This document shows positions 46,880 to 59,846 of a stretch of DNA of 64,000 nucleotides, one piece after another (position 1 is the stretch's first letter; each line of letters opens with the position of its first letter). The translations under genes and the position numbers were made by a program. The stretch is taken from positions 682,001 through 746,000 of the forward strand of contig JBLDXI010000026.1 in the NCBI GenBank assembly GCA_047495785.1. Direction: 5' to 3'. Origin of the DNA: Lepidodermella squamata. Its lineage: Eukaryota; Animalia; Gastrotricha. The notes beneath the pieces were generated by a model. It ran no database searches. It saw only the letters and a list, made by a program, of their open reading frames with translations, and was not told where the DNA came from.

Positions 46880-47622
46880 GCGAGCAAGCCGCCCTAAATT
46901 CGGCCACTTTCCAGGTTTCTCCTACTTTGCCAGCCAGGTGAATTTTTAGAAAACATTTGGCGAATACGAATTGTAGAGGAGTTCTTGGGCTATCGAATGC
47001 CAGTTTCCGCAATTCTGGACGATTTTACCTTGATTTATGCTGTAATTAGGGAACCCATTGCCCTAATTTCGGCCACCTCGTCCAGTTAGGCTAAAACCTT
47101 ACGTTTGATACCGTTAAATTCGTTTCGACAAGCTGAGTGGGAAAATCGCCTTTGTATCTTTTCCTTGAAGATGTGATGCCTGAAACTCTGGTGTTTATGG
47201 TAACCAAGCAGTCGAGTAGCGATATGACCCCCCTCGCCCGCATCACTCTAAGAAAAGTCCCGTAATAGGCCTGAAAAGAATGGGGGCGCGGGAAGAACTT
47301 TGTCACTTTTTTAAGGGACAATTCAAAAAAGAAAGGGACTCTATTTGTCCCTTAGAAACAACGTGACAAAGTTCTTCCCGCGCCCCCATTCTTTTCAGGC
47401 CTATTACGGGACTTTTATTCTAGAGTGATTTATGAGTGTTTTTTGCGATCACGTGCTTGAAAAATCATGAAACAGAAGATTTGCTTAACAATGAAAATTT
47501 CTTGAGTTGCGGGAAAAAAACCTGCTGCACAGCACTTAGTGTCCAACTTTCGGCCGGTGGCCGAAGTTAGGTCGCAGCGACCGAATTTAGGCGGTGGCCG
47601 AAATTAGGGATTCCTGCTCTAA
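46880..47622. mobile_element. Degenerate DNA-transposon-like element with subterminal repeats, containing a nested hairpin
   Basis: CCCTAA[A/T]TTCGGCCAC at ~46892 and ~47061; inverted GTGGCCGAA[G/A]TTAGG at ~47557 and ~47594. The ends are imprecise. Confidence 0.5.
47242..47429. repeat. Long near-perfect hairpin (fold-back element)
   Basis: AAAAGTCCCGTAATAGGCCTGAAAAGAATGGGGGCGCGGGAAGAACTTTGTCAC (>50 nt) is repeated exactly in inverted orientation at ~47363-47416. Confidence 0.85.
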
Positions 47623-48004
47623 GATCAAGGTGGCAGGTCATTTTTACCTGCCGACAGCCATTATTAGGTTACTTTGAGATTGAGAGTCGTTTGTTTTTCC
47701 TCATTACGAGCGCCGACTATTTTTCGATAAGTCGGATATAACGCCTCAATTTGGGTGTCAAAATCTACGATGGAATTACCATGGGTCAGCAAGGGGTGTT
47801 CTCGGATCAAACAATGGACTCCCAACCCTTTGCGAATTCTTCAAGCTAACAGTATTCCAGTTATTAAGAAATCATTGTTACGTGTTGCTATTACACGTTT
47901 AGCTCCATCACTCATTATTTTCGAATTATTACTGCCATTTTGTTCCATAGAATTTTCAATTTTAACCCAAACAAAATACTGTTATATAAAGTTGTTCGGG
48001 TTCA

Positions 48005-50010
48005 ATGTTAATCAGTTCTCTTCTGCACGGCTTTCTTTCCATGCTTTTAAGCGGTGATACTACTTGGATTGAATGGGTAAACGGTTTTACAAGAACTATT
48101 TTCCTCTATAACACAGGTGCAGCCGCTGAGTTTATGGAAACCAACCGCACCGAAAGCTTGAACCAAAGTTGCTTATCAACGAGTAAGACTCGGATATCAC
48201 AATATTTTCCTAATTTGAGAATTCACCTGTTCGGCAGTGATATCCGAAGACGAAGTCTACGCGCATGCTTTCAAAAACTATCCGGATTCAAAAATGCGGC
48301 CGAGAAAAAATTTGACAGAGCCGGTTGTCGTCGGAGTCCGGCTTAAAATGCTCAGCCTACGAAAATTGGTTCGATAAACTTGAAACTTTCCTAACCGTCA
48401 CGTTTATTCATCAATCTTTTGGTTCAGGATGAAAGACAAGGTTCTGTTCAAATCGATGGATATTTATCAATAGTAAGTTTGATTATTTTAGAGAATTTTA
48501 TAGAATTTCTCAAATTGTCACATTCTTATTGAATTTTTAAGAGATTAAAATTGAAAAAATTGAATTAAAATTGAAGAAATTTAGACATTTTTCACAGTTT
48601 TACCTATTAAATTCCAGAACTTCATTTGTGTCAAGGTATGGACTAACGATTACCTAAAGTGGGACAACACTTTTCCTTTCAAATGCGCTCATCGGCTGCT
48701 GGTTGCTACGGACAAGCTTTGGCTGCCAGACTTGGCTTGGGCAACCGGCGCATCCGACGAAAAGTAAAATTATTGTATCTTTATCAATTTTTATTAAATT
48801 AGAAGGTCCTGATCAGTGGTGGTGGCCTATTGGGTGAAAAATCGAAAGCCCTACTAAAAAGTAGCGGCCAAATCGAACTGTATCCAAAAGGAATCATCCA
48901 AGGCCAATGCAACATCAAGTTGGCAACTTTCCCTTTCGATTACCAGGTGAGAGAATCAATCTAACATTTGGCCACCCTCGATTTTTCCCTTATGTCACAG
49001 ATTTGCCAATTCGTTCTTGAAAGTTGGAACTATCCGACAACAATGCAGAAGCTCATCTTACTGAATAATCCGTTCGCAAGGGTTGACAATCTGTGGACTG
49101 AAAACGACCTGTGGCACGTTGCGGCAAACCGTACGGAGGTTGTTGCCGAAAAGTATTCGGCAGCTAGCGGCATAACCTATGAAAAGGTCATTTTCTCTCT
49201 GCTGCTTTGCCGCAAAACTCTGTTCTACAAGGTCAACATAATAATTCCGAGTGTAACAATCGCTGCAGTTCAACTGGTAGTTTTCCTAATCCCGGTAAGC
49301 GATGGCATTGGCAAAACTTTGATTGTGGGAATGTTTCTCGTTTTTCTAGGTGGAACAGACAGGAAAAGTGGGTATTTCGGTTTCGTGTTTTCTGGCCTAT
49401 CTGTTTTTCCAGGTAAACCTCACAAGTTTGATGTTCTTAAATGGAGTTACGTTTTTTGTTTCAGAACATGATTTTGAGCGAGGTCCCGAAATCGTCTCGA
49501 GAAGTGCCAATGCTTTCGCTATACATCCACCTTCAAATGATTTACATCGCAATAATCGCAATTCTAGGTCACGGCATTGTTCTCTGGGCCTTGAAAAAGT
49601 CCAAGGCAAACAAGGTGAGTATGAATTAACTTATCAACCAAGTTCGGTAGAGACGTTCATTCCAGACTCGACCGCATGCTTGGCTCCTCGGAGCAGCGAA
49701 GATTTTCGGTAAATGCCAGTTCATCAAGTTTCAAGTTCGCGGAAGAAAACGGCGTGTGAAGGGCACTCGATCGTCTTCGGTTGGAACAAGCAGTTGCGAC
49801 GCTGCGGAAATGTCTGATTTGCAATGTGGAGTCAACAGCGTTCCGAATCGACAAGAAAACCAGAAAGCGGCCACAATCGAAGAGCAATGGCTGTTTATTG
49901 CCGAAGTTATCGAACGCGTCAATTTGTGGATCTATGCGCTGGCTTCACTGCTCACTCCAATATTGTTGTATGTCTCAGCGAAGCCTTCGGAGTCTGAGTT
50001 TGGTTTCTAA
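48005..50010 (+). CDS. Divergent nicotinic-acetylcholine-receptor-like (non-alpha) Cys-loop subunit, multi-exon
   Basis: Signal peptide; WTNDYLKWD; LWLPDL; Cys-loop CNIKLATFPFDYQ|IC; M1 FYKVNIIIPSV; M2 GKVGISVSCFLAYLFFQ; PKSSREVPML; M4 WLFIAEVIERV. Loop C has no vicinal CC. Confidence 0.87.
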
Positions 50011-52151
50011 AATCATTCGGCTTCACCTCAGTTGAAAGAAAAGTAAAACCCTGATTTGTTGAAAAGTGAAACCTTCCTCATACAAAGGGTTTATTTATTT
50101 ATTCATTCAGAGGATTAAGAAAGCTTTAAAGCCTAGATTCAAGGGTTTAAGTAGCGTTATTGCAGTCCATAGCATTCTGCTTCATTTCATCCAACAACAG
50201 TTGGCTGTCCACGCCCTTGCTCTAAGCCCTTTTCTTATGAAGGCTGCCACGATTGATCCTTCGCGGTTTGACGTAGCGGCCAAAGAAGATGTGAGACCAT
50301 TTCCACTAAACGGCGAGTTGGCTGTGCTATTCAAGCGATCGCAGGTCTAGTTTTGCCGATGGATAGACTATGCCTTCATCGCATCATGGTCGACTCCTTA
50401 GCTGAGGTAATAGAACTACGGGTCTCGGCGCCAATGTAAGATCATGGATATCAACGGTTGCAATAACCGATTTCGGGCATTCATAGTATGTATTTTCAAT
50501 TCTCAATTGGCCCGGAAAAACGCTTGCCTGATGTTGCAGCCCAGTCATCAGGCGCACATCGCACATGAAGTACGCACCAGACGCTAGTAGACGTGATCTT
50601 ACGTCAGCCTGCTTTCAAGACAAATTGATTGTTTGTCGAGGATGTTTCATTGATGGCGTCCATTGTTTGTCGAGCTGAGTGCGTAGGCTGAAAAAGTTGA
50701 ATTTTTACCCTATTTCCTCAGAGCGGTTGACCCAGCATTTTCAAGCCAACCGCTTCACACGAATCAGATGTACTCATTGCTGACAGTAAAACTCGGAGGT
50801 GACTAGAATTCGCCAAGTTGGAACCGAATAGATCTAACACGTGCTTGATAACCATATTTTTAGCTCTATGCCTCCGCTAAAAAAAGCCGGAAATAGAAAG
50901 AAAAACTCAGACAGTCGGCTGGATATAAATAGTTTTAAAATAACTTTGCTAATCACGATTCAAATGCAATCAAATCGAGGTACCGTTTAAGACAGATGTT
51001 GGAAATTGTCCTCACTTTCGCCTGAATTTATCCTCTTCGATGAAAGCGTGTCCTTGTTTCAGGATAAAAAGGCTGAATGAAAACCTATTCATATTTTCTT
51101 AAAACTACTCTATTATTATCTGAGCTATTTTTTAGGGTCCGGAAAAATGGATCATTCTTGTCCGTTATTGTACGAAAGGAAAGCCTCATTTATCACGCGC
51201 GCAAAGATCTATTAAACACCTAGTAATTTTCCGATTTTCACCTTATCTGCCAAGCAAAAATCCGATGCGCTCTGTGCTCTGTCACTTAGTCCGTGAGCAT
51301 ACTGCGATGGCTCTGGGCAGCGTATGTTCAAAATTATCGGCAATTTGCGAACAGCTGTATAGTTTAATAGGTACTGTTCCTAATACTGGGGACTTTTGCC
51401 AGTGCAAATATACTCCAAGGGTCTGTGAAGTTCAAGCGGGGGCGTGTGACACATTGCTAGCAACAATTCGTCAGGCTGGGGACAAATCAAAAACTTGAAA
51501 TCTCTATGATGTGTTTCAGTTAGAATTCCTGTCGTCGATACACTAAGTTCAGCATCGCTTGCCAATACGTAGCAAGAATTAATAATTTCAGTGCTTTGCG
51601 TCGCGTATGTCCATTCGTTTGGCGTCGTTGTAGACAATCGTGAGACCGCAAGCACTTAGAACACGGTCGAGTACTCTCGACAGTCTGATGTCTGAGTTGT
51701 CCTTAAATTGACGAAATGAGAATTTTTCAACTCGCGCATCATCTCTCGCGGCTTATATAGGGACGAACGAAACGACTCTCAGTTGTTTTATACGAGAGGC
51801 CTAATGCCATGCATATCGATGATTGTCCATTATTAGCTGCGTCCGAACTTGAAAGTTCGGACAAAGACTAATATGGCTAATAATTGGCACATAATGCGTA
51901 AGTGTCTAAAAGCCCTTCCTGTGACGCGTTAGTGCGCGACGGTCTTGATATAGTCGAACATATCATCGATCACGCACTTGAACACATATCTAGGTCACCA
52001 CTCTCCTGCAAAACTGTTCCGATTGAAAAGTTCCTAATGTCCAAAATTGTCTGTGCAATGAATGCAGTCTGTAAACATCTCTCTACTAACAAGAATCTCG
52101 TTTTGCTAATATAACCAACATTTAAGCCGGAGAGAAATTTTAATTCTTTAA

Positions 52152-53529
52152 ATGAAGTCTCTGATCAAGCCGAAGCCTTACAATAAAGTCACTCTATGTC
52201 AGGTAAGTCGCGCTTTTTCAACTCGATTGTTGATTTAACCCTCTTCAAACTCTCATAAGATATGCACTGCTGTTGTTCCGCCTCGAAAGGAATATCAACC
52301 AAGAACTTGCCAAGCTTGCATGAAATTCTTCACGCGGCATCGAAATCATCTCGGAGATCTTGTTTGCCAAGATGGCTCAAATAACTGTGTCATAGTTGGC
52401 GCAGACAGGGGCCTTTGCAAGAAATGCCGTCTGGCAAAGTGCTTAGCAGCCGGAATGAAACGTGAGTATATTGGCTAACTGAAATTTTACATATTCCGAT
52501 TTGATACATTTGGTCATCACATTTTCGATTATTCAGGTGGATCTCGGTCAAAGTCCGCCAAAGTAGTAAACTCCTCGAAGGAGAATTATTTTGAATGTGA
52601 TTCGTCGTCACCCAGCAGTGAAATTGCAATCCTCGATGGTGATATCTTGGAAGATGCACTCAAATTTGCTGTTCATGGATTCACAATACTTCAAAGCTTG
52701 GATTACGTAAGAGAAAATTATTGATGTATTGATCTCACCTGAAATCTTTTAAATTTCCAGCTACCTATGAGGAATGCCACAAGTGAAACTGATTTGGACG
52801 ATTTGCACTGGGGCCAGTTCAACCACTTTTGCTCCGTTTCTTTGGAATATACTCGATTTTTCAAAGGTGGTATATTGCCGATTTTAAATCCCATTCGCTA
52901 AACGTTCCTTGCAGAAAGGTTCAGACTGACCCCACAAGAAGCTAAAGCTGCGATGTTGACCGGCTGGCAATCAGTTTCTACTGCTTTTTCCTGTTTCCCT
53001 GGAAACTCCTGCTCAACTCTGCATCTTAGCCAGGACGCTGCAAGTTGGCTTCTGAAAAATCTTCCTGAATTTAGGGCAAGTTCCATAAGAAAAAGATCTA
53101 TGGAGTTAAAACGCCCTCTTAACAGACAACCTTAGATTCTGCCAATGAACTCGCTGCTGCTCTAGAGAATTGGAGACCTACTCTTTTAGAGTCATCAATA
53201 TTTTTCAGCATGTTACTCTTCAATTGTAGGTTGAATTTTTACATCGATCCATAACTAAGTTTTATCCCTGCAAAGCTGAAGCCGTTTCGCGGTTCCCTCG
53301 TTTGGCGCATATTAGGAAACTTTACACCACAGCATTCAGCTTGATCAGTTCCATGGAAAAGCAGCGCGAACCAGATGAGGCAATGCGTTTTTTGTTGAAT
53401 TGTCATACTAAGACTGTCAAGGCGGCCAAATCAGTCGACCACATGCCAATATTGGGCAGTGAAACGGGCCAAACTTTGAAGGAAGTCTATGAGCTCGCGG
53501 TTGACAATGCTGATGTTTTTGAAGGATAA
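52152..53529 (+). CDS. Divergent nuclear-receptor-like gene, subfamily D copy 1
   Basis: MKSLIKPKPYNKVTLCQ|ICTAVVPPRKEYQPRTCQACMKFFTRHRNHLGDLVCQDGSNNCVIVGADRGLCKKCRLAKCLAAGMK; ILDGDILEDALKFAVHGFTIL; WRPTLLESSIFFSMLLF; QTLKEVY. Confidence 0.83.
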
Positions 53530-55342
53530 AGAGAGTATTCGATGTAGTCGTGAAGCCATTAATTTACTTGAATGTGACTTTTAAATTCATATTTGCTTAA
53601 TTATCGTCTCAAAAGCCCATATCAGTTGTCAATGAAACCACAACTTGTAAAATTTTCACGAATAATAAGAGAATGCATGCCCGTGATTAATAAAAAGCTT
53701 ACTGATTTTAATTTTTACAGTTGGAATACCAGCTTATATAGTTCGACTAACGCTTTTCGACTAATTTTCCTTATTCTAATTGTCCAACTTGTCCAACTCA
53801 AGCCTCAAGCGTGGTATAAAGAACCCAATCCTGCATGATGCTTGGATCGCGGTTACCTAATAGGAGAAACAGCTCTGGGCATGCTGATTTGGAGTTTCTG
53901 CCGAATGATCAGTTCAACCGATTTTGTTTCTTCAGTTCTTGAATATACCCGGTTTGTCTAAAGCTGGCATGACTTCGACGGGGCTGTCAAACTTGCATTG
54001 CCTATTTATATTCAATTCAGAGATACGAGATAAGCAATTTGTAATAACTATTCTTCGGCAGAAAACGTTGATAGCTACTGCAAAGTCCAAGGGAGAATGA
54101 GATGAACTGCTATAACTTTCTGCCACCGAATGACAGCGAATCAACCAACTGACTTTTCGTTTGCAAAGCTGCAGAAGCAATGAGATAGAGAGCCCGGAGC
54201 AGAATAGATGAGTAATTTGAAAAAAACCTGATTCTCATCGTTTGCTAAATGCATAACCTTATCCGGGCGTTTGGCACGTTATAGAATTAGAGTTGCGGGC
54301 GGTGTTGAAAGACTGACCGAAGTTATGAATAGCGAAGGCCAGAGGCCGCCGAAGTTCAAGGGACATGGATCAAGTCTTCGATGCCAATTGGAAGATCCAT
54401 TTTGACCTGGGTCACGGACGGCGGACAAAACATGACATGGAGGGCCCCTGAGCTCAATATCTACAAAAAATCGAAAAAAACATTACATTTCTTTAAAGCC
54501 GGTGTGTTTTACACATGTTAAGAGGCACGCGAGTTTATTTTGCTTAAAAACAACAAGAATAAAATAAAATTCAGCAGAATAAAGAAACGCACCCAATGTT
54601 CCATACTGTATGACGCTTAAACATCAGTTGGTTAGCTTGCGAATGACGATGGGAAGCCAAATTCTCAAGCGAATCGCGAGCAGAGTAGTATATTGCTATA
54701 TTTCAACAGTTTCGTCACGGTCGAACAGCTGATCACTTAAAAATAATGTCTAGCTATATCAGTGGCCTTACCTCTCTCTTCATTCAGTTTTCGCAAGCTA
54801 TATTCCTTGTTAGTACAACACTTATTACCTAATGGAAATGGACATTTTTCGTTGATGCGAGATGCGAGGTCATCGGCATAGTTTCGACCTGGCATACCAT
54901 TGTGTCTATTAAGGAATGCTGATTGATATCGGTAATTAAGACATTTTTATCCCCTACGTCCATCAATCGCAAAACATGATTACGATGGAGACGGGAACGG
55001 GCGAGACTCTGGAGACATTAATCTATTCTAAGGCTACGGACTGCAATATGTTCTGGGTTTATGCCTAATGATATTGCTACCCAGAACATTTTAAAGACAT
55101 GCGAGGACGATTCAAGTTATTCTTACCATCAATGTACGGGCCTAAATGCCGGTATATAATGAATTCTGAATTCGTCTATATAGTCGGTCGATTATGGGCG
55201 GTTACGTTCATAAGAATTAGGGTGGTTTTGAATTGCTCAGTCAACTGCGAAACTTCGTGAATCCAGTCGATCCACACTCAATTTTGCACTGAAGCCACAA
55301 ACGGCATCAGAACTCGTGTTTTGAAGCAAATATTGCGCACCA

Positions 55343-56699
55343 ATGATTAGCATGGAACAAGAGGAGCCGGTATTCTGTCAGGTGTGTTATGATTTCTGCG
55401 AAATAAAATGATTGCTATCATATTTTTTGCAGATTTGTTCTTTAGTAGTTTTCCGGCGAAAAGAATACCAACCCAGGACTTGCCATGCTTGCAAGAAATT
55501 CTTTTACCGCAACCACCCCAAACGATACTCGCTGCAATGTGTCTCAAACAAGCCGCCGTGCTCCATTATCGGGAATTCCCGGGCGAACTGCACGAGATGT
55601 CGCCTCGAGAAATGCTTCAAAGCCGGCATGAAGTGTTAGCTTATTTTTGTTGATTTTTTCTAGTCAGTAATCGAACTCGTCGGTATTTTGTTTAGCTGGT
55701 AAACGAAGCCATGTTGACAAGAAGCTGGTTATGGCGAGAGAGCCCCGTATGATTGACGGAACAGCGATTGAAGAAGCCATAAAAAATTCGATGTTTGCGT
55801 TCACACTCCTTCACGGCTTGGAATCAGTTGGGTTTAAAATGTTAATCGGTCAATTGTTATGTTAATTATTCCTTAGCTACCGCTGAAGATGTTTTCGGGT
55901 CATTTCAACTTGGAGAAACATCGCGATCTATTGGAAGCTCACCTTCGCCAAAGTTTGAGAATCGGATGGAGTTACGCATGCTGTTTCAAAGGTTTAGGAT
56001 CTCCAATATATTGTGAAGTTATTTACTTTAGATATACAGAAAAATTCGGTCTGAGTAACCGGGAAACCCAGGCGGCTTTTGTAACGGGTTGGCCTACCAT
56101 AGGATCTTCATTATCATGTCTACCTGGCAACGCCACTTCGAAGCTACACCTGAGCAATGATGTCGAACAATGGCTCGTGAAAGATTATCCTGAATTTAAG
56201 GTTGGGATTAATCGATATTCTTTTGTGCATATTTGAACTCAAATCAAACAGGAATCAGTGTATTCAGCTGCCGAACTTGCTGTAGTTTTAGAGCAATGGC
56301 AGCCTTCACTTTTACAGGCCTCAATTTTCATCACCTTGCTACTATTCAAAGGTTTGTTCATCTTTTGATTGAATTTTGGGCTTCAAGCTTTAATTTATCT
56401 CAGTAAATGTTTGCAAGCAGTTCCCGCAAATGTGCAAGCTACGTCGAATTTACATAACTGCTCTTAAAATCGTCGCCTCGGTTGAAGGCAAGCATGGGCC
56501 GCAGAATTCTGTTGCGCTCATGAAGAAATCAAGCGTTGTCTCAGCTCGATTGGCCGACAGCATTAAGTGTTTTGTAACTAAGAACACTGATAACGCCGGG
56601 GTTGTTTCAATCAGGGATAATCTAAGACTGGTGGTTGACGAGATTTGGTTGAATCCGCGAGTGACTCGCAAAGAAAAATTCCCCACCTCAGGTTGTTGA
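55343..56699 (+). CDS. Divergent nuclear-receptor-like gene, subfamily D copy 2
   Basis: MISMEQEEPVFCQ|ICSLVVFRRKEYQPRTCHACKKFFYRNHPKRYSLQCVSNKPPCSIIGNSRANCTRCRLEKCFKAGMK; FGLSNRETQAAFVTGW; LVVDEIW. Confidence 0.85.
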
Positions 56700-58668
56700 T
56701 AGTGACTTCTAGAAGTGAAATTGCCAGACGAGAGACTAAAAACCCGTAACTTCATTTTCAACATAGACAAAAGAAAATAGTTATAATCTTATGATTTTCA
56801 TGCGGAAGGTTTACAGGAAATGAAGATGCGAGCTATCGAAACATATATATATATCAATATATCAACTTTAATTTTGACATTTTTGGTTAACAAGATCGAG
56901 GATTCACCAATTTATGTGTGAAAATCTCACTTGGATTGTCGCTAGTAAAAATGACATATCGCATCCATTCGCGCTCTTTCAAATTGATCCCCGGCAGCGA
57001 CGACATCCCCATACAACCTGGATCTCATCTCGAAGAACTGCTGCTAGCTTGTTAGCTGCACAGGTCTAGAGAAAGGATTCCTTAACGGTGTTGAAGGCAG
57101 AAACGAGATTTCGGCCCGCTGAAAATGCCTGAGGGCGTACCGAAGCCCCAGCCACATGCCTTTGCATGACCCTGGCTAACAGAAAGGGAGGCATTGGCAC
57201 TAACTATGCAAAGCCAAGCTGACGAAGGTCAACCTGTTAAGCTCAAGTTAAAAAGTAGCGAAAAATAAATTACTAATATGCAGTGCAGTCGAAGTGGGGG
57301 TATCGTACCCCAGGTCACAAGGCCTTTTTTAGGCCCAGGTTTTAAAAAGCGTCATACAATTTCCCGTAGTTCGAGGATCCTGCTTCGCGCGATGCGTAGG
57401 TTTTTTGAATTTTCGAAATTTTCAAATTTTAGGAACGCGCCAATATCATTACTTAATATGTGGAGTGAACAATACATAAGAATAAAACATCTGAAGTCTA
57501 CTTTAGATATGTAGAAGTTCGGTTATTTTCGTCAAAGAGCGTTGAAATCTGTAATGAAATGAAGGAAAAAAATTAGGGAGAAAGGACAACCCTGCTGCAG
57601 CCATCGTATGACATAGAAACGAGTGGACCGGTCGTTTCCAGCTTGCAGTTTTCCCAGCTAGCTTTTTAGTTTGAATAACAACGTTCCATCACAGCAATTA
57701 TATTCTCAGAGACTTTAATACTGTATTTTATCGCGAATTAACAAATCATATGCTTTAGCAATATCATGAGATACTAGGCGGCACTGTGCAAAGTACTGTA
57801 CTCCCAGTTTGACAAGCCAAGAGAATATTCCACAAATATTTGTGCGAATATTTTCCAAAACGACAGGAGGGAAGCGTAGTATATTGTTATTTCAACATTT
57901 TTCGTCTCGGCCGAACAGTTCCTTAAAAATTACAATAATTTCTAGTCCTATCCGTGACATTAATCTGATTATTGAACCGATGTGACCCACTTATTGATAT
58001 TTGACCAGAATATCCTGATTTTCATCTGGTCCTTTTCGTGATTTGAATCTCATGCATATATACCTGATCATGGACTATGTTAATCCCTGTGTCTTCATAA
58101 GCAGGTTTACTTTTGTGCTTATTAACTTATCGAGTTTTTCAAGTGGAAACGATAGCGAATTCAATTTCGATTGTTTCCTCTAATATAATCATTCCTTACT
58201 CCGTCTCTGTCACAAACCTGCGTATGCATTACATCTGGCCAATGTTTGGCCTCCGCTCATATTCATTCGCCATCTTCGTCTATCTTCGTTGATAGCACAA
58301 CATTTTTTTATTGCCGATGGGAATAGACCTATTTTGGTGATTTTCATAGTTTCGAGCTGCCGTTGTGTCTAATAAGGAATGCTGATGACTAATGATTATA
58401 TCGGAATGATATCTATGTATGCTAATGATATCGGTAATTAGGAACTATTGATCCTCCTCGTCATTGATGGAAAACATGCTCACTGCTAACACGCCGATGG
58501 CGAAGATAACGGACGAGACTGGGGACACTAATCTAATGGGCTCGGACTGCTGCACGTTATGCGTTGATTTGATGGATTGGTTGATGAGAGTGCAACCCAG
58601 AACTGCGTTCACAGGCATGCACGGACTTTCCAAGCTATTCTTACTATCATGTACGCGTCTGAATGCTA

Positions 58669-59664
58669 CACGGGGAAAAATATCTGCGTAATAACCGACT
58701 TATTAAATCAGTTTTCACAAAACGGGTATTCACGACTGAGTAACATCTGAGTTAATACCCAGTTGTTACTCATTTTACCCAGGTTGCTTTAAATAACTGG
58801 GAAAACTGAGTTTTTGAACTTGGTAAAAACCGATATGACTGGAAATCGCTATAATCGCTATCTGAGAAGCTGACTTGTGTCGAATTTTGTCGACCGAGTC
58901 CACCAGAAAAAATAACTCTTGATTCACCAAGTTTTCTGTCATAGTTAGTTGTCTGGCAAAGTAACAGTTTTGTCGCCAAAGCTGACATTTTATACGCGGT
59001 GGTAATAGCGTCTTTCGACAGTCATCTTTACTATCATCTACTTGTCATCTACTTTGACGAAAAATGAAAGTACAGAGACGTTTAGTGAGCGGCAAACGAT
59101 TAACTTCAGCCAGGCGGCTAACGATAAGCGATAAGTAATAAATATGAAACATGCAGAATTAGGTTGGTAAGGGTCGGTATAGTGATTGAATAGGTGCAGG
59201 AGGTTAAGTTGCATGTGCACTTGCCTTGGATTTTTTATAACTTTATGCTCAGCTAAATTCTATAAGTAGCGCTGATTGTCATTTCAATTATGAGTTAGGG
59301 GGTAGCATAGTTAGTTAGGCGCGCGCGTGTGAAGTGTGTGAGTGTGTGCGTTACGACCAGGTTCGAATCCTGACAGGGACAAAGTATGAATGGTTTTCGG
59401 TTTTTATTTTTTTATTTTATTTTTCATAGGTTATTGAGCTTACGGGTAGCCTTTCCATGCTCCTGAACGCTTTTTTCTTTAATATTTCAGCCGAGGGGAG
59501 AGAGGAGAGGGAGGGGAGGGGCCGGGGTGATTACTGACTTGATGAGTAAGTTTTTACAAATAAGTCAGTTAATACTCACCATATACAAGGTAATGCTATA
59601 ATGCAAGTATCGATTACTGAGTTGCGTTTTCTGGTCGGTTTTTACCAAGATATTTTTCCCCGTG
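58669..59664. mobile_element. Non-autonomous DNA transposon with CAC...GTG termini and 2-bp TA duplication (CMC/EnSpm-like)
   Basis: TA|CACGGGGAAAAATATCT at 58667-58685 and AGATATTTTTCCCCGTG|TA at 59648-59666 (17-bp perfect TIR). The paralogous region upstream of D2 (~55140-55165) lacks the insert. Confidence 0.83.
59298..59382 (+). other. tRNA-derived (Pol III A-box/B-box) sequence inside the transposon; not a functional tRNA
   Basis: A-box-like TAGCATAGTTAG (59303-59314) and a perfect B-box GGTTCGAATCC (59360-59370) inside a CAGG/CCTG T-stem. The anticodon arm is replaced by GC/GT repeats, and T-runs follow downstream. Confidence 0.55.
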
Positions 59665-59846
59665 TAGCATATAATTGACTTCATATAGTCTGTCCTTGGT
59701 GGGCATGTACGTTTATATGAATTAGCGTGGTATAGAATTGCTTAGTAGTTTTTTACGTCAAAAGAAACTTCTTGCCTCCGATCGATCTGCTCTTAACTTT
59801 TCAATCAAGCCACAAACTGCATTACAACTCGTTTGGGTAAAACGCA

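Noticed and set aside
50384-50760. Possible very old minus-strand receptor relic (LMTGLQHQASVFPG resembling D-type TGW...FPG)
   Set aside because: The similarity is too short to distinguish from chance without an alignment statistic.
57960-58280. Insertion relative to the D2 upstream region with DGVRNDYIRG on the minus strand (RTE-like)
   Set aside because: A single short motif with no continuous frame; needs a tBLASTn/HMM hit to support it.
59298-59382. Functional tRNA gene
   Set aside because: No pairing acceptor stem or anticodon arm; it lies inside a transposon.
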